DNA of 64,000 bases from Clostridia bacterium (GCA_017405765.1 JAFQZS010000001.1:1874-65873); one strand, 5' to 3'; counted from the stretch's first letter, positions 43,788-55,151 are shown. Numbers and translations are program-made. Notes: generated by a model not told the origin, from the letters alone.

Positions 43788-44885
43788 TTAAGCTTCCGGT
43801 TCAGTTTCAGCTTCTGCCTCAGCCTCAGCCTCCACCTCTGCCTCTGCCTCTGCATCAGCGTCAGCTTCTGCTTCCGCATCTGCTTCGGTTGCGATAGCAA
43901 CGTAATCTTCGGGTACTGCTACGCCAAGCTCTGCGCATATTTCAGCATTGTACTTCTTGGTAACCTGCGGAGCGTATTCGATGGGCATCGTGGAGATGTC
44001 AGCGCCCTCTGCAAGGATCTTTGCAGCCATAAGACCGGTTGCATAGCCAAGGTCATAGTAGTCTATCGACAGGGTAACGGTGCCGCATACAGAGCAGATG
44101 CCCTCTTCGCCTGCAACTACCGGAACCTTTGCCGGACGGCAGATACCGTCAACTATACCTGCGGAGGAAGCAACGGTGTTGTCAGTGGGAACGTAGATAA
44201 GGTCGCACTCGGAAACTGCGGTGGTGCATACAGCCGCGATGTCGTTAGCGTCGGAGAAGGAGTAAAGCTTAACGGTCTTGCCCTGTGCCGTAAGCTCTGC
44301 GGATACAACGTCGATCTGATACTGCGAGTTCGGCTCAGCCGAGCAGTAGAGAAGGCCGATGTTCTGTGCATCGGGGAATAATTCCACGATCATAGCTGCC
44401 TGCTGATCAAGCGGAGCAAGGTCGGACGTACCGGAGATGTTGCCGCCTACGGTGCCGTTAAAGTCGGCGATCTCAAGAGCTACGCCATACTCAGTGATGG
44501 AGGTACCAAGGATCGGGATATCAGCGGTAGCCGATGCAGCGGCCTGGAGTGCAGGCGTTGCGTTGGCCATGATAAGGTCGTATTTCTTGGAAACGAAGTT
44601 GTTTACGATAGTCGAGCAAGCGTTCGAGTCGCCGGAAGCGTTCTGAACGTCAATGTTCACGCTGTCTTCGCCGAGCGTCGCAACGAGCGCGTCGCAGAAG
44701 CCCTGAGTTGCAGCGTCAAGTGCAACGTGCTGAATGAGCTGGCATACGCCTACGTTGTAAACAACAGCTTCGCCCGCGCCGTCATCGGTAGCAGGCTCTT
44801 CGGTTTTGCTCTGGTTGCTGCATGCTGCGAATGCAAACGCAAATATAATCGCAAGCACGAGAGCCAGAATTCTTTTTGCATTCAT
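43788..44885 (-). CDS. ABC transporter substrate-binding lipoprotein (ABC_sub_bind type) with an acidic (E/D-A)n C-terminal tail
   Basis: Lipobox 'AFAFAAC'. Periplasmic-binding-fold body. Tail 'EADAEAEADADAEAEAEVEAEAEAEAETEPEA'. Confidence 0.75.
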   Translation of the reverse strand: MNAKRILALVLAIIFAFAFAACSNQSKTEEPATDDGAGEAVVYNVGVCQLIQHVALDAATQGFCDALVATLGEDSVNIDVQNASGDSNACSTIVNNFVSKKYDLIMANATPALQAAASATADIPILGTSITEYGVALEIADFNGTVGGNISGTSDLAPLDQQAAMIVELFPDAQNIGLLYCSAEPNSQYQIDVVSAELTAQGKTVKLYSFSDANDIAAVCTTAVSECDLIYVPTDNTVASSAGIVDGICRPAKVPVVAGEEGICSVCGTVTLSIDYYDLGYATGLMAAKILAEGADISTMPIEYAPQVTKKYNAEICAELGVAVPEDYVAIATEADAEAEADADAEAEAEVEAEAEAEAETEPEA

Positions 44886-45035
44886 TTTTCTTTACCCCTT
44901 TTATTTTATTTTTATATACAATAAGCAGTCGGAAAATACCGGCCGCGTATCGCTTTTGTTTTTGCCTTGCGGCTACTTCGCTAAACCGCCGTTTTTCGGC
45001 GTCAATACTTTAATCATCTAAATAAATACTATTTA

Positions 45036-45064
45036 ATTATATATTCAGCCATTATAAAAGTCAA
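45036..45064 (-). promoter_or_regulatory. Putative sigma-A promoter of the ABC importer operon
   Basis: On the minus strand: TTGACT, 17 nt, TATAAT, leaving a leader of about 145 nt. Confidence 0.55.
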
Positions 45065-45101
45065 CCGAAATTCATAATATCAACGCAAAAGCGGTCGGGC
45101 G

Positions 45102-45938
45102 TCAATATTTTTCCAAAAAAACGTGCGTCTCACCTTTCGTCTTATACGCAGGAAACGTATCAAGCACGACGGAATGGATACTGTTGAAAATGCACTTTTC
45201 TATATCGGGATTATTCTTCTTTAACTCCTTTAAGAGCATTTTCACTTCCTGCCGCTTCGACGTCTCTCCCGCGCCGCCCGCTTCGTCGATCTTCTCCGTA
45301 AAGCGGCATGCGCATCTTATGAATTCAAGGCCGTTATAATTCTTCCAGCGTATTATGCTGTCCTCGTGGACGCAGTAGAGCGGACGGATAAGCTCCATAC
45401 CTTCGAAGTTCGTGCTGTGCAGCTTCGGCATCATGCCCTGAAGCTGCGCGCCGTAGAACATACCCATCACGGTTGTTTCGATAACGTCGTTAAAATGATG
45501 TCCCAACGCTATCTTATTGCAGCCGAGAGACTTTGCCTTGCTGTACAGGTGGCCGCGACGCATACGTGCGCAAAGGTAGCAAGGCGATTTTTCCGTATTG
45601 TTCGCAACGTCGAAAATATCAGTCTCAAAAACTGTTATGGGTATATTCAAAAGCTTCGCGTTGTACTCGATCTTTTCCCGGTTCTCTTTGTTATATCCCG
45701 GATCCATCACGAGAAACACAAGCTCAAACGGAAATTCGCTGAATCGCAAAAGAAGCTGAAGAAGCTTTGCCATTGCCATCGAATCCTTGCCTCCGGAAAT
45801 GCACACGGCTATGCGGTCGCCCTCGCTGATAAGCTCATATCGCTTTACCGCAGCAATAAAGGGATTCCACAGCTCCTTACGGAATTTTTTCGATATGCTG
45901 CGTTCCACAAGCTGATATTTTTCAAGCTCTCTGCTCAT
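45102..45938 (-). CDS. ttcA: PP-loop ATPase, tRNA 2-thiocytidine synthase TtcA family
   Basis: 'CISGGKDSMAMAKLL' PP-loop. Cys motifs 'CYLCARMRRGHLY' and 'CACRF'. Confidence 0.75.
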   Translation of the reverse strand: MSRELEKYQLVERSISKKFRKELWNPFIAAVKRYELISEGDRIAVCISGGKDSMAMAKLLQLLLRFSEFPFELVFLVMDPGYNKENREKIEYNAKLLNIPITVFETDIFDVANNTEKSPCYLCARMRRGHLYSKAKSLGCNKIALGHHFNDVIETTVMGMFYGAQLQGMMPKLHSTNFEGMELIRPLYCVHEDSIIRWKNYNGLEFIRCACRFTEKIDEAGGAGETSKRQEVKMLLKELKKNNPDIEKCIFNSIHSVVLDTFPAYKTKGETHVFLEKY

Positions 45939-45970
45939 TTTAAGCTCCTTTTAAATACTCGCGCACCGCG

Positions 45971-46639
45971 TTACTGGCCGTATGATTTGAACTTCTCCAT
46001 AAGGCGCCGCATCTCGTCCTCGGGGAGAATGAGCGGCTTTCCCATGCTTCTCGCAAGCTGATAAGTGCGGCAGCATTCCTCTATCGTCATGGCGATATGA
46101 AATGCGCTTTTTATATCGCCCGCGCCGGCCACAAGGCCGTGATTTGCAAGAAGCACGCAGTTTCGCCCTTCCATATATTCACATGCGGCCGAAGCAAGCT
46201 CCGCCGTGCCGTATGTGCGATACGGAGCGCAGCGCACGTCCGGCCCCGCGAACGCCACGAGATAGCTAGAAGCGGGAAGCCCCTCGCCAAGCGTCGCAAG
46301 CGCCGTCGCGTAAGGCGAATGAGTATGCACGACGGCTCGTACGTCAGGCCTGTTCTGATAAAAGATGCTGTGGAGCCTGTATTCGCTTGAGGGCTTCATA
46401 TCTCCGTCAAGCTTTTCATGGTCGGCCGCACGCATCACGACTACGTCGGCGGGAGTCGTCTCAAAATAATCGACTCCGCTCGGGCTTATCGCCATAAGCC
46501 CCGTTGAGGAATCGAAAATGCTTATATTTCCTCCCGTGCCGGTAGTCAGCCCGTTAGTTATAAGCTTTTTCCCGTATTCTACTACGAGACTGCGCTCTTT
46601 TTCCATTAACATAAGACCGTCTCCGTTCCAAAAATCCAT
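45971..46639 (-). CDS. Class II aldolase/adducin-domain protein (FucA/AraD-like)
   Basis: 'TGTGGNISIF' and 'VVHTHSPYATALA'. An internal start (MLMEKER) is possible. Confidence 0.72.
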   Translation of the reverse strand: MDFWNGDGLMLMEKERSLVVEYGKKLITNGLTTGTGGNISIFDSSTGLMAISPSGVDYFETTPADVVVMRAADHEKLDGDMKPSSEYRLHSIFYQNRPDVRAVVHTHSPYATALATLGEGLPASSYLVAFAGPDVRCAPYRTYGTAELASAACEYMEGRNCVLLANHGLVAGAGDIKSAFHIAMTIEECCRTYQLARSMGKPLILPEDEMRRLMEKFKSYGQ

Positions 46640-46652
46640 GCTGCTTTCAATG

Positions 46653-46686
46653 AAACGGGCGGAAACATCGCTGCTTCCGCCCGTTT
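46653..46686 (-). terminator. Terminator after rplQ (end of the ribosomal supercluster)
   Basis: Perfect 12-bp stem 'aaacgggcggaa'/'ttccgcccgttt'. Confidence 0.6.
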
Positions 46687-46702
46687 ATTAACTTATACTC
46701 GA

Positions 46703-47044
46703 TTATACAAGCTCGATAATCGCCATCTCTGCTGCGTCGCCGCGGCGGGGACCGATTTTAACTATGCGCGTATAACCGCCGTTGCGGCCTTCATAACCGG
46801 GAGCTATCTCAGTAAAGAGCTTGTGTACAACTTCCTCCTTAGTGATATAAGCCATTGCGCGGCGGCGCGCATGAAGCGTATTCTTCTTTCCGAGCGTTAT
46901 CATTTTTTCGGCAATGGGGCCAACCTCCATCGCTCTGGTAACGGTCGTCTCTATTTTGCCATTCTCAAGCAGATAAGTAACCATTGCGCGAAGCATCGCA
47001 CGGCGATGGTCGGTAGGTCTGCCGAGCTTACGTGCTTTAGACAT
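46703..47044 (-). CDS. rplQ: 50S ribosomal protein L17
   Basis: '[29 protein letters not shown]'. Follows rpoA. Confidence 0.95.
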   Translation of the reverse strand: MSKARKLGRPTDHRRAMLRAMVTYLLENGKIETTVTRAMEVGPIAEKMITLGKKNTLHARRRAMAYITKEEVVHKLFTEIAPGYEGRNGGYTRIVKIGPRRGDAAEMAIIELV

Positions 47045-47082
47045 TGTTCGTGAACCTCCTTATTAAAAATCTCAGAGAGGCT

Positions 47083-48039
47083 TTATTCTTCCTCTTTCTT
47101 TAAGTTAAGTCCTAATGCGATAAGCTTGTTGACTACTTCGTCAAGTGATTTTCTACCGAGATTACGAACTTTCATCATGTCGTCCTCAGTTCGGTTTGTC
47201 AAATCCTCAACCGTATTTATTCCCGCGCGCTTCAGACAGTTGAAGGAGCGAACGGAAAGATCCAGCTCTTCAATAGTCATTTCGAGCACCTTTTCCTTGT
47301 TGACTTCTTCCTTGCCGACCATGATCTCAGCGTTCATGGCGTCATCGGAAAGCTCAACAAAGAGCGACAGGTGTTCATTTAATATCTTAGCGCCCAGAGA
47401 AACGCTCTCATTCGGAGATATCGTACCGTCGGTCCATATTTCTATCGTAAGACGGTCGTAGTCTGTTATCTGACCTACGCGGTGAGCTTCAACGTAATAA
47501 TTTACCTTGAGCACAGGCGTATAAATCGAATCTACCGGGATCGTGTCAACGGCAGGAAACTGGTACAACGTCTTGTTGCGTTCTGCGGAAATGTATCCTC
47601 GTCCCTTGTTTATGGTTATCTCCATATGAAGCTTGGCATCAGGTCCAAGTGTCGCTATGTGCAAATCCGGATTTAATATTTCAACATCGGAATCTTCCTT
47701 TATGCTGCCCGCAGTGACTTCGCATTCGCCCTGCGCAGAGATATAAAGGGTCTTCATGCCTTCCGAGTGAAGCTTTGCCGTAAGCTGCTTTAAATTAAGT
47801 ATTATCTCGCTTACGTCCTCTTTAACTCCCGGGATTGTTGTGAATTCATGCTGTACGCCGTCTATCTTTACGCTCGTAACGGCAACGCCCGGAAGCGAAG
47901 AAAGCAGCACGCGGCGAAGTGAATTGCCGAGTGTCGTTCCGTATCCGCGCTCTAAAGGCGCAATAACGAATTTACCGTAGCACGGGTCTTTATCAGCGGC
48001 GTTCTCGTGTGTTATATTAGGCTTTTGAATCTCGATCAC
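47083..48039 (-). CDS. rpoA: DNA-directed RNA polymerase alpha subunit
   Basis: 'IEIQKPNI...[31 protein letters not shown]'. GTG start at 48039, 9 nt after AAGGAGG. Confidence 0.95.
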   Translation of the reverse strand: MIEIQKPNITHENAADKDPCYGKFVIAPLERGYGTTLGNSLRRVLLSSLPGVAVTSVKIDGVQHEFTTIPGVKEDVSEIILNLKQLTAKLHSEGMKTLYISAQGECEVTAGSIKEDSDVEILNPDLHIATLGPDAKLHMEITINKGRGYISAERNKTLYQFPAVDTIPVDSIYTPVLKVNYYVEAHRVGQITDYDRLTIEIWTDGTISPNESVSLGAKILNEHLSLFVELSDDAMNAEIMVGKEEVNKEKVLEMTIEELDLSVRSFNCLKRAGINTVEDLTNRTEDDMMKVRNLGRKSLDEVVNKLIALGLNLKKEEE

Positions 48040-48200
48040 AAAAATAACCCTCCTTGGAATCATCTGTTTTAATGGATAATGTCATGTATGTTTCGCAGTA
48101 CACACATCACACAATCTGGTTCGTTGCCTTTCGAGGGTAATATATAGGACTTGCAGCCTTCGCCGAAAAGGTAAACAACTGCAAGCGCCGTACCCGAATT

Positions 48201-48812
48201 TTACTTGGAGTACAACTCAACGATAAGATGTTCTTGAACATCAAAGTCAATATCTTCTCTAAGAGGCAGTCTCGTTATTGTAGCTTTAAGCTCCGTCTTC
48301 TCACGCTCTATCCATGCGGGGATGGTGAACTTGGGCGCATCCTCGCCGAGCAGGCGCTTGAAAGCAACAGACTCGCGGCTTCTGTCCTTTATAGTTATAA
48401 CGTCGCCGGAATTGATAAGATAGGACGGGATGTTCACAGATTTTCCGTTTACTAAGAAATGGCCGTGATTTACGAGCTGGCGAGCTTCTCTTCTCGTCAT
48501 AGCGAAGCCTGCGCGGTAAACGACGTTATCAAGGCGTCTTTCAATAGTCGTAAGCAAAACCTCACCGGTGATGCCGCGCGCTCTAACTGCCTTCTCGTAA
48601 TACATACGGAACTGCTTCTCCAGAATACCGTATATGAACTTTACCTTCTGCTTTTCCTTTAACTGAATGCCATATTCGCTGGACTTTCTGCGTCTGTCCT
48701 TTTTGGGATCGCGGATGGATTCACTCTTCGAAGCAGACGTATAGCCCATAACTGACGGCGAAATACCAAGCTCTCTGCAGCGCTTTACTATAGGTTGCAT
48801 ATTCTTTGCCAT
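48201..48812 (-). CDS. rpsD: 30S ribosomal protein S4
   Basis: '[16 protein letters not shown]' and '[25 protein letters not shown]'. Confidence 0.95.
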   Translation of the reverse strand: MAKNMQPIVKRCRELGISPSVMGYTSASKSESIRDPKKDRRRKSSEYGIQLKEKQKVKFIYGILEKQFRMYYEKAVRARGITGEVLLTTIERRLDNVVYRAGFAMTRREARQLVNHGHFLVNGKSVNIPSYLINSGDVITIKDRSRESVAFKRLLGEDAPKFTIPAWIEREKTELKATITRLPLREDIDFDVQEHLIVELYSK

Positions 48813-48829
48813 GATTTTTCCTCCTTTAA

Positions 48830-49228
48830 TTAGACACGTCTGCGCTTAGGCGGTCTGCATCCGTTGTGCGGGATGAGAGTAACGTCCTTTATCATGCTTA
48901 CTTCAAGACCGGCAGTCTGTAATGCACGTATTGCCGCTTCTCTGCCCGAACCGGGGCCCTTTACAAAAACCTCAACATACTTGAGTCCATGCTCCATTGC
49001 TGCCTTGGCTGCGGTCTCCGCTGCCGTCTGAGCTGCGAACGGAGTGGATTTTCTCGAACCTCTGAAGCCCAGTCCGCCTGCCGACGCCCAGGAAATAGCA
49101 TTGCCCTGCGTATCGGTTATCGTTACTATCGTATTGTTAAACGAGGAGCGGATATGAGCTGCGCCGCGCTCGATATTCTTTCTTACGATGCGCTTTCTTC
49201 CGCCCTTCTTCTGCGTTGCTTTAGCCAA
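48830..49228 (-). CDS. rpsK: 30S ribosomal protein S11
   Basis: '[22 protein letters not shown]' and '[12 protein letters not shown]'. Confidence 0.95.
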   Translation of the reverse strand: MAKATQKKGGRKRIVRKNIERGAAHIRSSFNNTIVTITDTQGNAISWASAGGLGFRGSRKSTPFAAQTAAETAAKAAMEHGLKYVEVFVKGPGSGREAAIRALQTAGLEVSMIKDVTLIPHNGCRPPKRRRV

Positions 49229-49245
49229 ATCTGTCCCTCCCCTTC

Positions 49246-49614
49246 TTACTTCTTCTTATTGGCGATTGTCTTCTTGGGACCTTTTCTCGTGCGAGCGTTA
49301 GTCTTTGTACGCTGTCCGCGAACGGGAAGGCCTCTTCTGTGTCTTATACCGCGATAGCAGCCTATTTCGGTAAGGCGCTTTATGTCAAGCGCAACAGTAC
49401 GTCTAAGGTCGCCCTCAACCTCAAAGTGCTTATCTATATAATCTCTTATAAGCGCTACTTCATCCTCGCTCAGATCCTTTACTCTCGTATCGGGATTGAT
49501 ACCGGAGTTCTTTAATATCTCCTGAGCATGGCTTCTGCCTATTCCGTAGATATACGTGAGTCCTATTTCAACTCTCTTATCTCTGGGAAGGTCAATGCCT
49601 GCTATTCTAGCCAT
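49246..49614 (-). CDS. rpsM: 30S ribosomal protein S13
   Basis: '[26 protein letters not shown]'. Confidence 0.95.
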   Translation of the reverse strand: MARIAGIDLPRDKRVEIGLTYIYGIGRSHAQEILKNSGINPDTRVKDLSEDEVALIRDYIDKHFEVEGDLRRTVALDIKRLTEIGCYRGIRHRRGLPVRGQRTKTNARTRKGPKKTIANKKK

Positions 49615-49638
49615 TAAACTTTCACCTCCATTAAAATT

Positions 49639-49812
<174 letters not shown>

Positions 49813-50031
49813 TTATTTCGCGCGCCACGTTATCCTGCCGCGCGTAAGATCATACGGGCTCATCTCGAGGGTCACCTTGTCGCCGGGCAGAATCCTTATG
49901 AAATTCAATCTGAGTTTTCCGGAAATGTGCGACAAAACCTTGTGACCGTTGGGAAGCTCAACCATGAATGTAGCATTAGGAAGCGCTTCAACTACTTTAC
50001 CCTCTACTTCAATTACATCATCCTTAGCCAT
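49813..50031 (-). CDS. infA: Translation initiation factor IF-1
   Basis: '[41 protein letters not shown]'. Confidence 0.95.
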   Translation of the reverse strand: MAKDDVIEVEGKVVEALPNATFMVELPNGHKVLSHISGKLRLNFIRILPGDKVTLEMSPYDLTRGRITWRAK

Positions 50032-50033
50032 GA

Positions 50034-50351
50034 TTAAATACCCCCTGTCATAGAATCTGAAGCTTCGTCGGAACAGTTTTCCACTCCGGCGATCTCTCTT
50101 CGCAATTCGGCATTTGTGACCTTATCGCCTGTGCGCAGCTTCTGCGCCGTGCGCGTGCTGCTTTGCGTTACAAGCTCAATATGCTTGAGCTTCTTTATCT
50201 TAGGCGATTCGATCTTACGCTGTCTGCCGTTAGCAATCGATACATGATTTTCTTTCGGAAAACCTATGACCACGAACAACCTTCCCTCGTCGCGTCCGTT
50301 GAGTGAACGGACGATGCTGGAAATAATGATGTCATCCATGACGTACCTCAT
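50034..50351 (-). CDS. KOW-domain RNA-binding protein (small conserved ORF between map and infA in Clostridia)
   Basis: '[17 protein letters not shown]' KOW-like segment, in the conserved position. Confidence 0.6.
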   Translation of the reverse strand: MRYVMDDIIISSIVRSLNGRDEGRLFVVIGFPKENHVSIANGRQRKIESPKIKKLKHIELVTQSSTRTAQKLRTGDKVTNAELRREIAGVENCSDEASDSMTGGI

Positions 50352-51097
50352 TCCACAAGAGTCGTTATTATAGGTTCATCTCCCGTAATAACCACCGTGT
50401 TCTCATAATGCGCCGACAGCCTTGCGTCAGCCGTGTGAACCGTCCATTTATCATCGTCAACGTATACGTCGCGCGTGCCGGCGTTTATCATTGGCTCTAT
50501 TGCCAGCGCCAGGCCTTCTCTTAGGCGTATACCGTGACCTGCCCTTCCGAAATTCGGTACAGGCGGATCCTCGTGAAGCTCTCTGCCGATACCGTGGCCC
50601 ACGTACTTGTCAACAACGCCGTATCCAAAGCTTTCGGCATACGTGCCGATTGCGTTTGAAATGTCGCCCAGGCGATTGCCCTCTTTCGCCATTTTCAACC
50701 CTTCAAAGAAAGATTGCCTTGTCACTTCGATAAGCTTTTTTGCCTCATCGGAAACATCTCCCACGGGTATCGTATCGGCACAGTCTCCGTGAAAGCCCTT
50801 ATAAAGCGCACCCACGTCGATGCTCACGATATCTCCCTCTTTCAGTTTTCTTTCCGAGGGTATGCCGTGTATTACAACGTCGTTGATCGAAATGCATACG
50901 CTGTTAGGGAAACCACCGTAGTTTAAAAACGACGGCGTCGCCTTGTGGCGCGTGATGTAGGCATGGACCTTTCTGTCGATGTCGAGCATGGAAACGCCCG
51001 GCTTGCACAGCGAGGCCGCCAGCGCCCTGGCGCCTCCGGCTATCTTCCCCGCTTCGCGCATACACTCAATCTCCAAACGGGATTTGATGTAGATCAT
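50348..51097 (-). CDS. map: Type I methionyl aminopeptidase
   Basis: 'VCISINDVVIHGIP', 'DVGALYKGFHGD' and 'YVGHGIG'. Confidence 0.93.
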   Translation of the reverse strand: MIYIKSRLEIECMREAGKIAGGARALAASLCKPGVSMLDIDRKVHAYITRHKATPSFLNYGGFPNSVCISINDVVIHGIPSERKLKEGDIVSIDVGALYKGFHGDCADTIPVGDVSDEAKKLIEVTRQSFFEGLKMAKEGNRLGDISNAIGTYAESFGYGVVDKYVGHGIGRELHEDPPVPNFGRAGHGIRLREGLALAIEPMINAGTRDVYVDDDKWTVHTADARLSAHYENTVVITGDEPIITTLVE

Positions 51098-51103
51098 ATC
51101 CCT

Positions 51104-51736
51104 CTAACCTTTCAGGGCGGCTAAAATATCAGCGGTAACTGCTTTAAGTTCGCGCTTACCGTCGATATTTATCAGCTTATCCTTTTTAGCATAAAAATCT
51201 TCAAGCGGCTGAGTCTGTTCGTGGTAAATCTTCAGACGGTTTACAACGGTCTCGGGTTCGTCGTCTTTTCTTAAAATAAGCTTCTTACCGCATTTGTCGC
51301 AGTGAACGTTGTCCTTTGACGGCAAGCTTATAAGATGATAAGTCGCTCCGCAGCCTTCGCACACGCGTCTGTTCGTAAGGCGGTCGATTATTACGTCGTC
51401 GCCTAAAACGATGTTTACCACACGGTCTATATCTATTCCCATGCTCTCAAGAGCCTCAGCCTGTACGACAGTGCGCGGAAATCCGTCTAAAAGAAAACCG
51501 TTCTTGCAGTCGTCCTCTCCGAGACGTTCCTTGATGATCTCGATAACTACCTCATCGGGAACGAGCGCGCCGGACTTCATGTAGGACTCAGCCTTACGAC
51601 CGAGCTCAGTCTGATTTTTCAGCGCCGCTCTGATTATAGCTCCCGTAGATATTGCGGGAATGTTAAGCTCCTTGCAAACAAATTCCGCCTGAGTTCCTTT
51701 GCCTGCGCCGGGAGCGCCCAAAAATATAAGTTTCAT
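51104..51736 (-). CDS. adk: Adenylate kinase (zinc-lid form)
   Basis: 'LGAPGAGKGTQA'. Lid 'CEGCGATYH...CDKCG'. Confidence 0.95.
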   Translation of the reverse strand: MKLIFLGAPGAGKGTQAEFVCKELNIPAISTGAIIRAALKNQTELGRKAESYMKSGALVPDEVVIEIIKERLGEDDCKNGFLLDGFPRTVVQAEALESMGIDIDRVVNIVLGDDVIIDRLTNRRVCEGCGATYHLISLPSKDNVHCDKCGKKLILRKDDEPETVVNRLKIYHEQTQPLEDFYAKKDKLINIDGKRELKAVTADILAALKG

Positions 51737-51748
51737 CTGAGTTTCCTC

Positions 51749-53032
51749 CTATTCCAAGAAGCCCTTGTAATGTCTCATAAGCATCTGGGACTCCATCTGC
51801 TTTACGGTATCAAGTGCAACGCCTACTACTATGAGGAGCGAGGTGCCGCCGAAGTAGAGGTTCATGCCGAGCGCTCTCGAGAAGAATATCGGAAGCACTG
51901 CGATAAGGCCTAAGAAGATAGCGCCTATAACTATGACCTTCGACAGTATCTTGGAAATATAGTCGCTGGTGGGCTTGCCGGGGCGAATGCCCGGTACAAA
52001 TCCGCCGTTTTTCTTTAAATTGTTTGCAACTTCTATCGGGTTGAACTGGATCGACACGTAGAAGAAGTTGAAGAATATGATAAGCAGGAAGTAAATGACC
52101 GCATAGAGCCACGAAGACGAGCTTATCAGGTTCAGTACGAGATATCCGAAGCTTCCTACTTCGGGAGCGGGCAAAAATCTTGCTATAAGCTCAGGCAAGC
52201 TTACGATGGACGATGCAAAGATTATCGGAAGCACGCCGGACATATTGACCTTTAACGGAATATGCGTGGACTGACCGCCGTACATCTTGCGTCCTACAAC
52301 GCGCTTTGCGTACTGTACAGGTATTCTTCTTTCGGCATTTGTCATAAATACAACAAATGCAACGATGAGTACTGCAACGATAATAAGGATTATCGTAGTC
52401 AGAACGTTAAGCTGGCCGGACTCATTCATTGCGATGACCGACTTCACCATAGCGGGGCCTCTCGAAATAATACCTGCAAAAAGGATTATCGATATGCCGT
52501 TGCCTATGCCGTATTCGGTTATCTGCTCGCCGAGCCACATGATGAATGCCGTGCCCGCCGTAAACGTCAGTATAATTACGAACGCCACAAAAACATTGCT
52601 GGGATAAAGCACTGCGTTGAACTGGTTTCTGAGCACCATATAATAGGCAAATCCCATGAGAAGACCAATAAGCACGGTGAGGTATCTCGTGTACTTTGCG
52701 ATCTTCTTTCTTCCCTCAACGCCTTCTTTTGCAAGTCTTTCGAGTGCCGGGATCGCCACAGTCAAAAGCTGCATAATGATCGATGCGTTGATATACGGGG
52801 TTATAGACAGAGCGAATATCGTTGCCGAGGCAAACGCACCGCCGGTCAAAGTATCTAAAAATCCGAATATTGTTCCGCCTGTCGCTTCCATAAAAGCGTT
52901 CATCGCAACGGGGTCTATATAGGGCACCGGGATTACCGATCCTATTCTGAATATCACGATCATCAGGATCGTAAACAGGATCTTTTTACGAAGCTCCGGT
53001 ATCGCCCATGCGTTCTTTATGGTCTCTACCAT
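51749..53032 (-). CDS. secY: Preprotein translocase subunit SecY
   Basis: 427 aa, 10 TM helices. 'GGAFASATIFALSITPYINASII'. Confidence 0.95.
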   Translation of the reverse strand: MVETIKNAWAIPELRKKILFTILMIVIFRIGSVIPVPYIDPVAMNAFMEATGGTIFGFLDTLTGGAFASATIFALSITPYINASIIMQLLTVAIPALERLAKEGVEGRKKIAKYTRYLTVLIGLLMGFAYYMVLRNQFNAVLYPSNVFVAFVIILTFTAGTAFIMWLGEQITEYGIGNGISIILFAGIISRGPAMVKSVIAMNESGQLNVLTTIILIIVAVLIVAFVVFMTNAERRIPVQYAKRVVGRKMYGGQSTHIPLKVNMSGVLPIIFASSIVSLPELIARFLPAPEVGSFGYLVLNLISSSSWLYAVIYFLLIIFFNFFYVSIQFNPIEVANNLKKNGGFVPGIRPGKPTSDYISKILSKVIVIGAIFLGLIAVLPIFFSRALGMNLYFGGTSLLIVVGVALDTVKQMESQMLMRHYKGFLE

Positions 53033-53035
53033 AGG

Positions 53036-53476
53036 CTATATCACCTCAGTTTGGCCGCCGGCGTTCGTAATTTTCTCCTGAGCGGTTTTTGAGAACTTAG
53101 CTGCTTTGACCGTAAGCTTCTTGGTAAGCTCGCCGCCTCCGAGGATCTTTATGCCGTCGCACTCCTTTTTGATGATACCTGCTTCAAGCAAAGCAGCGCT
53201 GTCAACAGTTGCGCCCGACTCGAAAGCTTCAAGCGCAGATACGTTAACGCTTACATAAGTTTTAGCAAAGATGTTGTTAAAACCTCTCTTGGGGAGGCGT
53301 CTCTGCAGCGGCATCTGACCGCCTTCAAAGCCTATTCTTACACCGCCGCCGCTTCTTGCGTTCTGGCCCTTATGACCTCTGCCGGCCGTCTTGCCGTTGC
53401 CGGAGCCGGGACCTCTGCCCTTTCTGTACGCGGGCTTTACGGAGCCGGCCTGGGGAGCAAGTTCATGTAAATTCAT
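53036..53476 (-). CDS. rplO: 50S ribosomal protein L15
   Basis: '[12 protein letters not shown]...[14 protein letters not shown]'. ATG at 53476 behind AAGGAGGTG. Confidence 0.93.
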   Translation of the reverse strand: MNLHELAPQAGSVKPAYRKGRGPGSGNGKTAGRGHKGQNARSGGGVRIGFEGGQMPLQRRLPKRGFNNIFAKTYVSVNVSALEAFESGATVDSAALLEAGIIKKECDGIKILGGGELTKKLTVKAAKFSKTAQEKITNAGGQTEVI

Positions 53477-53494
53477 CTCGCAATACACCTCCTT

Positions 53495-53677
53495 TTAATT
53501 TTCCTCTTGTACTTCTACCAAGTGTATAATGCGTTTTATTTTTCCCTGAGTCTGAGCGTTATCGGGCTGTAAGGTCACATCGTTTATCTTCCTCAAGCCT
53601 AAAGAGTGAGCGGTCAATATCTGCTTTTCGCCTCTTCCGATAAGGCTCTTTTTGAGCGTAATCTTTAATTTCGCCAT
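53495..53677 (-). CDS. rpmD: 50S ribosomal protein L30
   Basis: 'MAKLKITLKKSLIGRGEKQILTAHSLGLRK'. ATG at 53677 behind GGAGGT. Confidence 0.93.
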   Translation of the reverse strand: MAKLKITLKKSLIGRGEKQILTAHSLGLRKINDVTLQPDNAQTQGKIKRIIHLVEVQEEN

Positions 53678-53690
53678 GATGTTTGACCTC

Positions 53691-54194
53691 CTATCCAATA
53701 ATCTCCTCAACAGTCCTGCCGCGAGTGGAAGCTACCTTTTCGGCGTCTCTCATGCTTGCAAGACCAGCTATCGTTGCCATTACAACATTTCTCGGATTGT
53801 TAGATCTGAGAGATTTTGTTCTTATATCCTTTATGCCTGCGAGCTCCAAAACGGCACGAACGGGGCCGCCTGCGATAACGCCGGTACCGGGTGCGGCCGG
53901 CTTTAAGAGAACTCTTGCCGCTCCGAAAGCGCCTATGGTCTCATGAGGCACGGTAGATTCGTCCAAAGAGACCTTTATGATGTTCTTTTTCGCGTCTTCT
54001 ATTCCCTTTCTTATTGCCTCGGGAACCTCGGCTGCCTTGCCCATGCCGCAGCCTACGTGTCCGTCGCCGTCGCCAACGACTACAAGCGCTGCGAACTTGT
54101 AGATACGGCCGCCCTTAACGACCTTCGTAACGCGGTTTATCGTTACGACCTTCTCGCTGAGCTCCAATGCATTTGCATCAATTTTCTCTAACAT
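53691..54194 (-). CDS. rpsE: 30S ribosomal protein S5
   Basis: '[33 protein letters not shown]'. Confidence 0.95.
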   Translation of the reverse strand: MLEKIDANALELSEKVVTINRVTKVVKGGRIYKFAALVVVGDGDGHVGCGMGKAAEVPEAIRKGIEDAKKNIIKVSLDESTVPHETIGAFGAARVLLKPAAPGTGVIAGGPVRAVLELAGIKDIRTKSLRSNNPRNVVMATIAGLASMRDAEKVASTRGRTVEEIIG

Positions 54195-54210
54195 GGCTCT
54201 CCTCCTTATC

Positions 54211-54570
54211 TTAGAATTTCAGTCCGCCTTCTCTAGCGCCGTCCGCAAGTTCCTTTATGCGGCCGTGATAGAGATATCCGCCTCTGTCGAATACGACACT
54301 CTCAATGCCTGCGTCAATCGCCTTCTTGGCAATGAGCTTTCCGACAGTCTTTGCGCCCTCTTTATTGGAGCCAATACCCTCAAATTCTTTATCAAGCGAA
54401 GAAGCCGCAACCAAAGTTCTGCCCGCTACGTCATCGATGATCTGAGCATAGATGTGCTTTCCGCTGCGGAACACGTTAAGTCTCGGTCTTTGGGGAGTAC
54501 CGGAAAGTGTGCGCCTTATTTTGTTATGGCGTTTTGCGCGCGCCTTGTATTTATCGGGTTTCGTTACCAC
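54211..54570 (-). CDS. rplR: 50S ribosomal protein L18
   Basis: '[20 protein letters not shown]' and '[26 protein letters not shown]'. Confidence 0.95.
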   Translation of the reverse strand: MVTKPDKYKARAKRHNKIRRTLSGTPQRPRLNVFRSGKHIYAQIIDDVAGRTLVAASSLDKEFEGIGSNKEGAKTVGKLIAKKAIDAGIESVVFDRGGYLYHGRIKELADGAREGGLKF

Positions 54571-54587
54571 TGACAGTCACTCCTCTC

Positions 54588-55133
54588 TTACTTCTTCTTA
54601 GCGCCGGTCTTACCTTCCTTGCGCTTTATAACTTCGTCTGCATACTTTATGCCCTTGCCCTTATACGGTTCGGGCGGTCTCTTCTCTCTTATCTCGGCTG
54701 CAAACTGACCTACGGCCTGCTTGTCATATCCCGAAACAACGATCTTATTGGGAGTGGGGCACTCTATCGTGATGCCTTCGGGCTCATCCATTATTACCTG
54801 GTGCGAATAACCAAGACCCATAACGAGCTGCTTGCCCTGCTTCTGCACTCTGTAGCCGACGCCGTTTACATCGAGTTCCTTTTTAAAGCCATCTTTGGTG
54901 CCGACAACCATGTTGTTTATAAGAGATCTCGTAAGGCCGTGCAGTGAACGGTGAAGCTTGTCGTCGCTCGGACGCTTAACCGTTATCGTATTGCCTTCCA
55001 TCTCAATTATCATGTCCTTGTGAAGTTCCCGCGTTAAGGTGCCCTTAGGGCCTTTAACGGTAATCGTGTTTCCGTCTAAAGTGACTTTAACGTCGGAGGG
55101 AACCACAACGGGCATTCTGCCTATTCTCGACAT
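54588..55133 (-). CDS. rplF: 50S ribosomal protein L6
   Basis: '[31 protein letters not shown]'. Confidence 0.95.
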   Translation of the reverse strand: MSRIGRMPVVVPSDVKVTLDGNTITVKGPKGTLTRELHKDMIIEMEGNTITVKRPSDDKLHRSLHGLTRSLINNMVVGTKDGFKKELDVNGVGYRVQKQGKQLVMGLGYSHQVIMDEPEGITIECPTPNKIVVSGYDKQAVGQFAAEIREKRPPEPYKGKGIKYADEVIKRKEGKTGAKKK

Positions 55134-55151
55134 ACTGCTTTTCCTCCTTAA

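Noticed and set aside
44886-45035. A possible T-box or riboswitch in the roughly 145-nt leader of the ABC importer operon.
   Set aside because: I could not find the conserved T-box sequence (AANNNGGGTGGNACCGCG-like) or a convincing terminator/antiterminator pair. Only a weak 'gccg aaaaa cggc' hairpin is present. This needs an Rfam scan before any claim.
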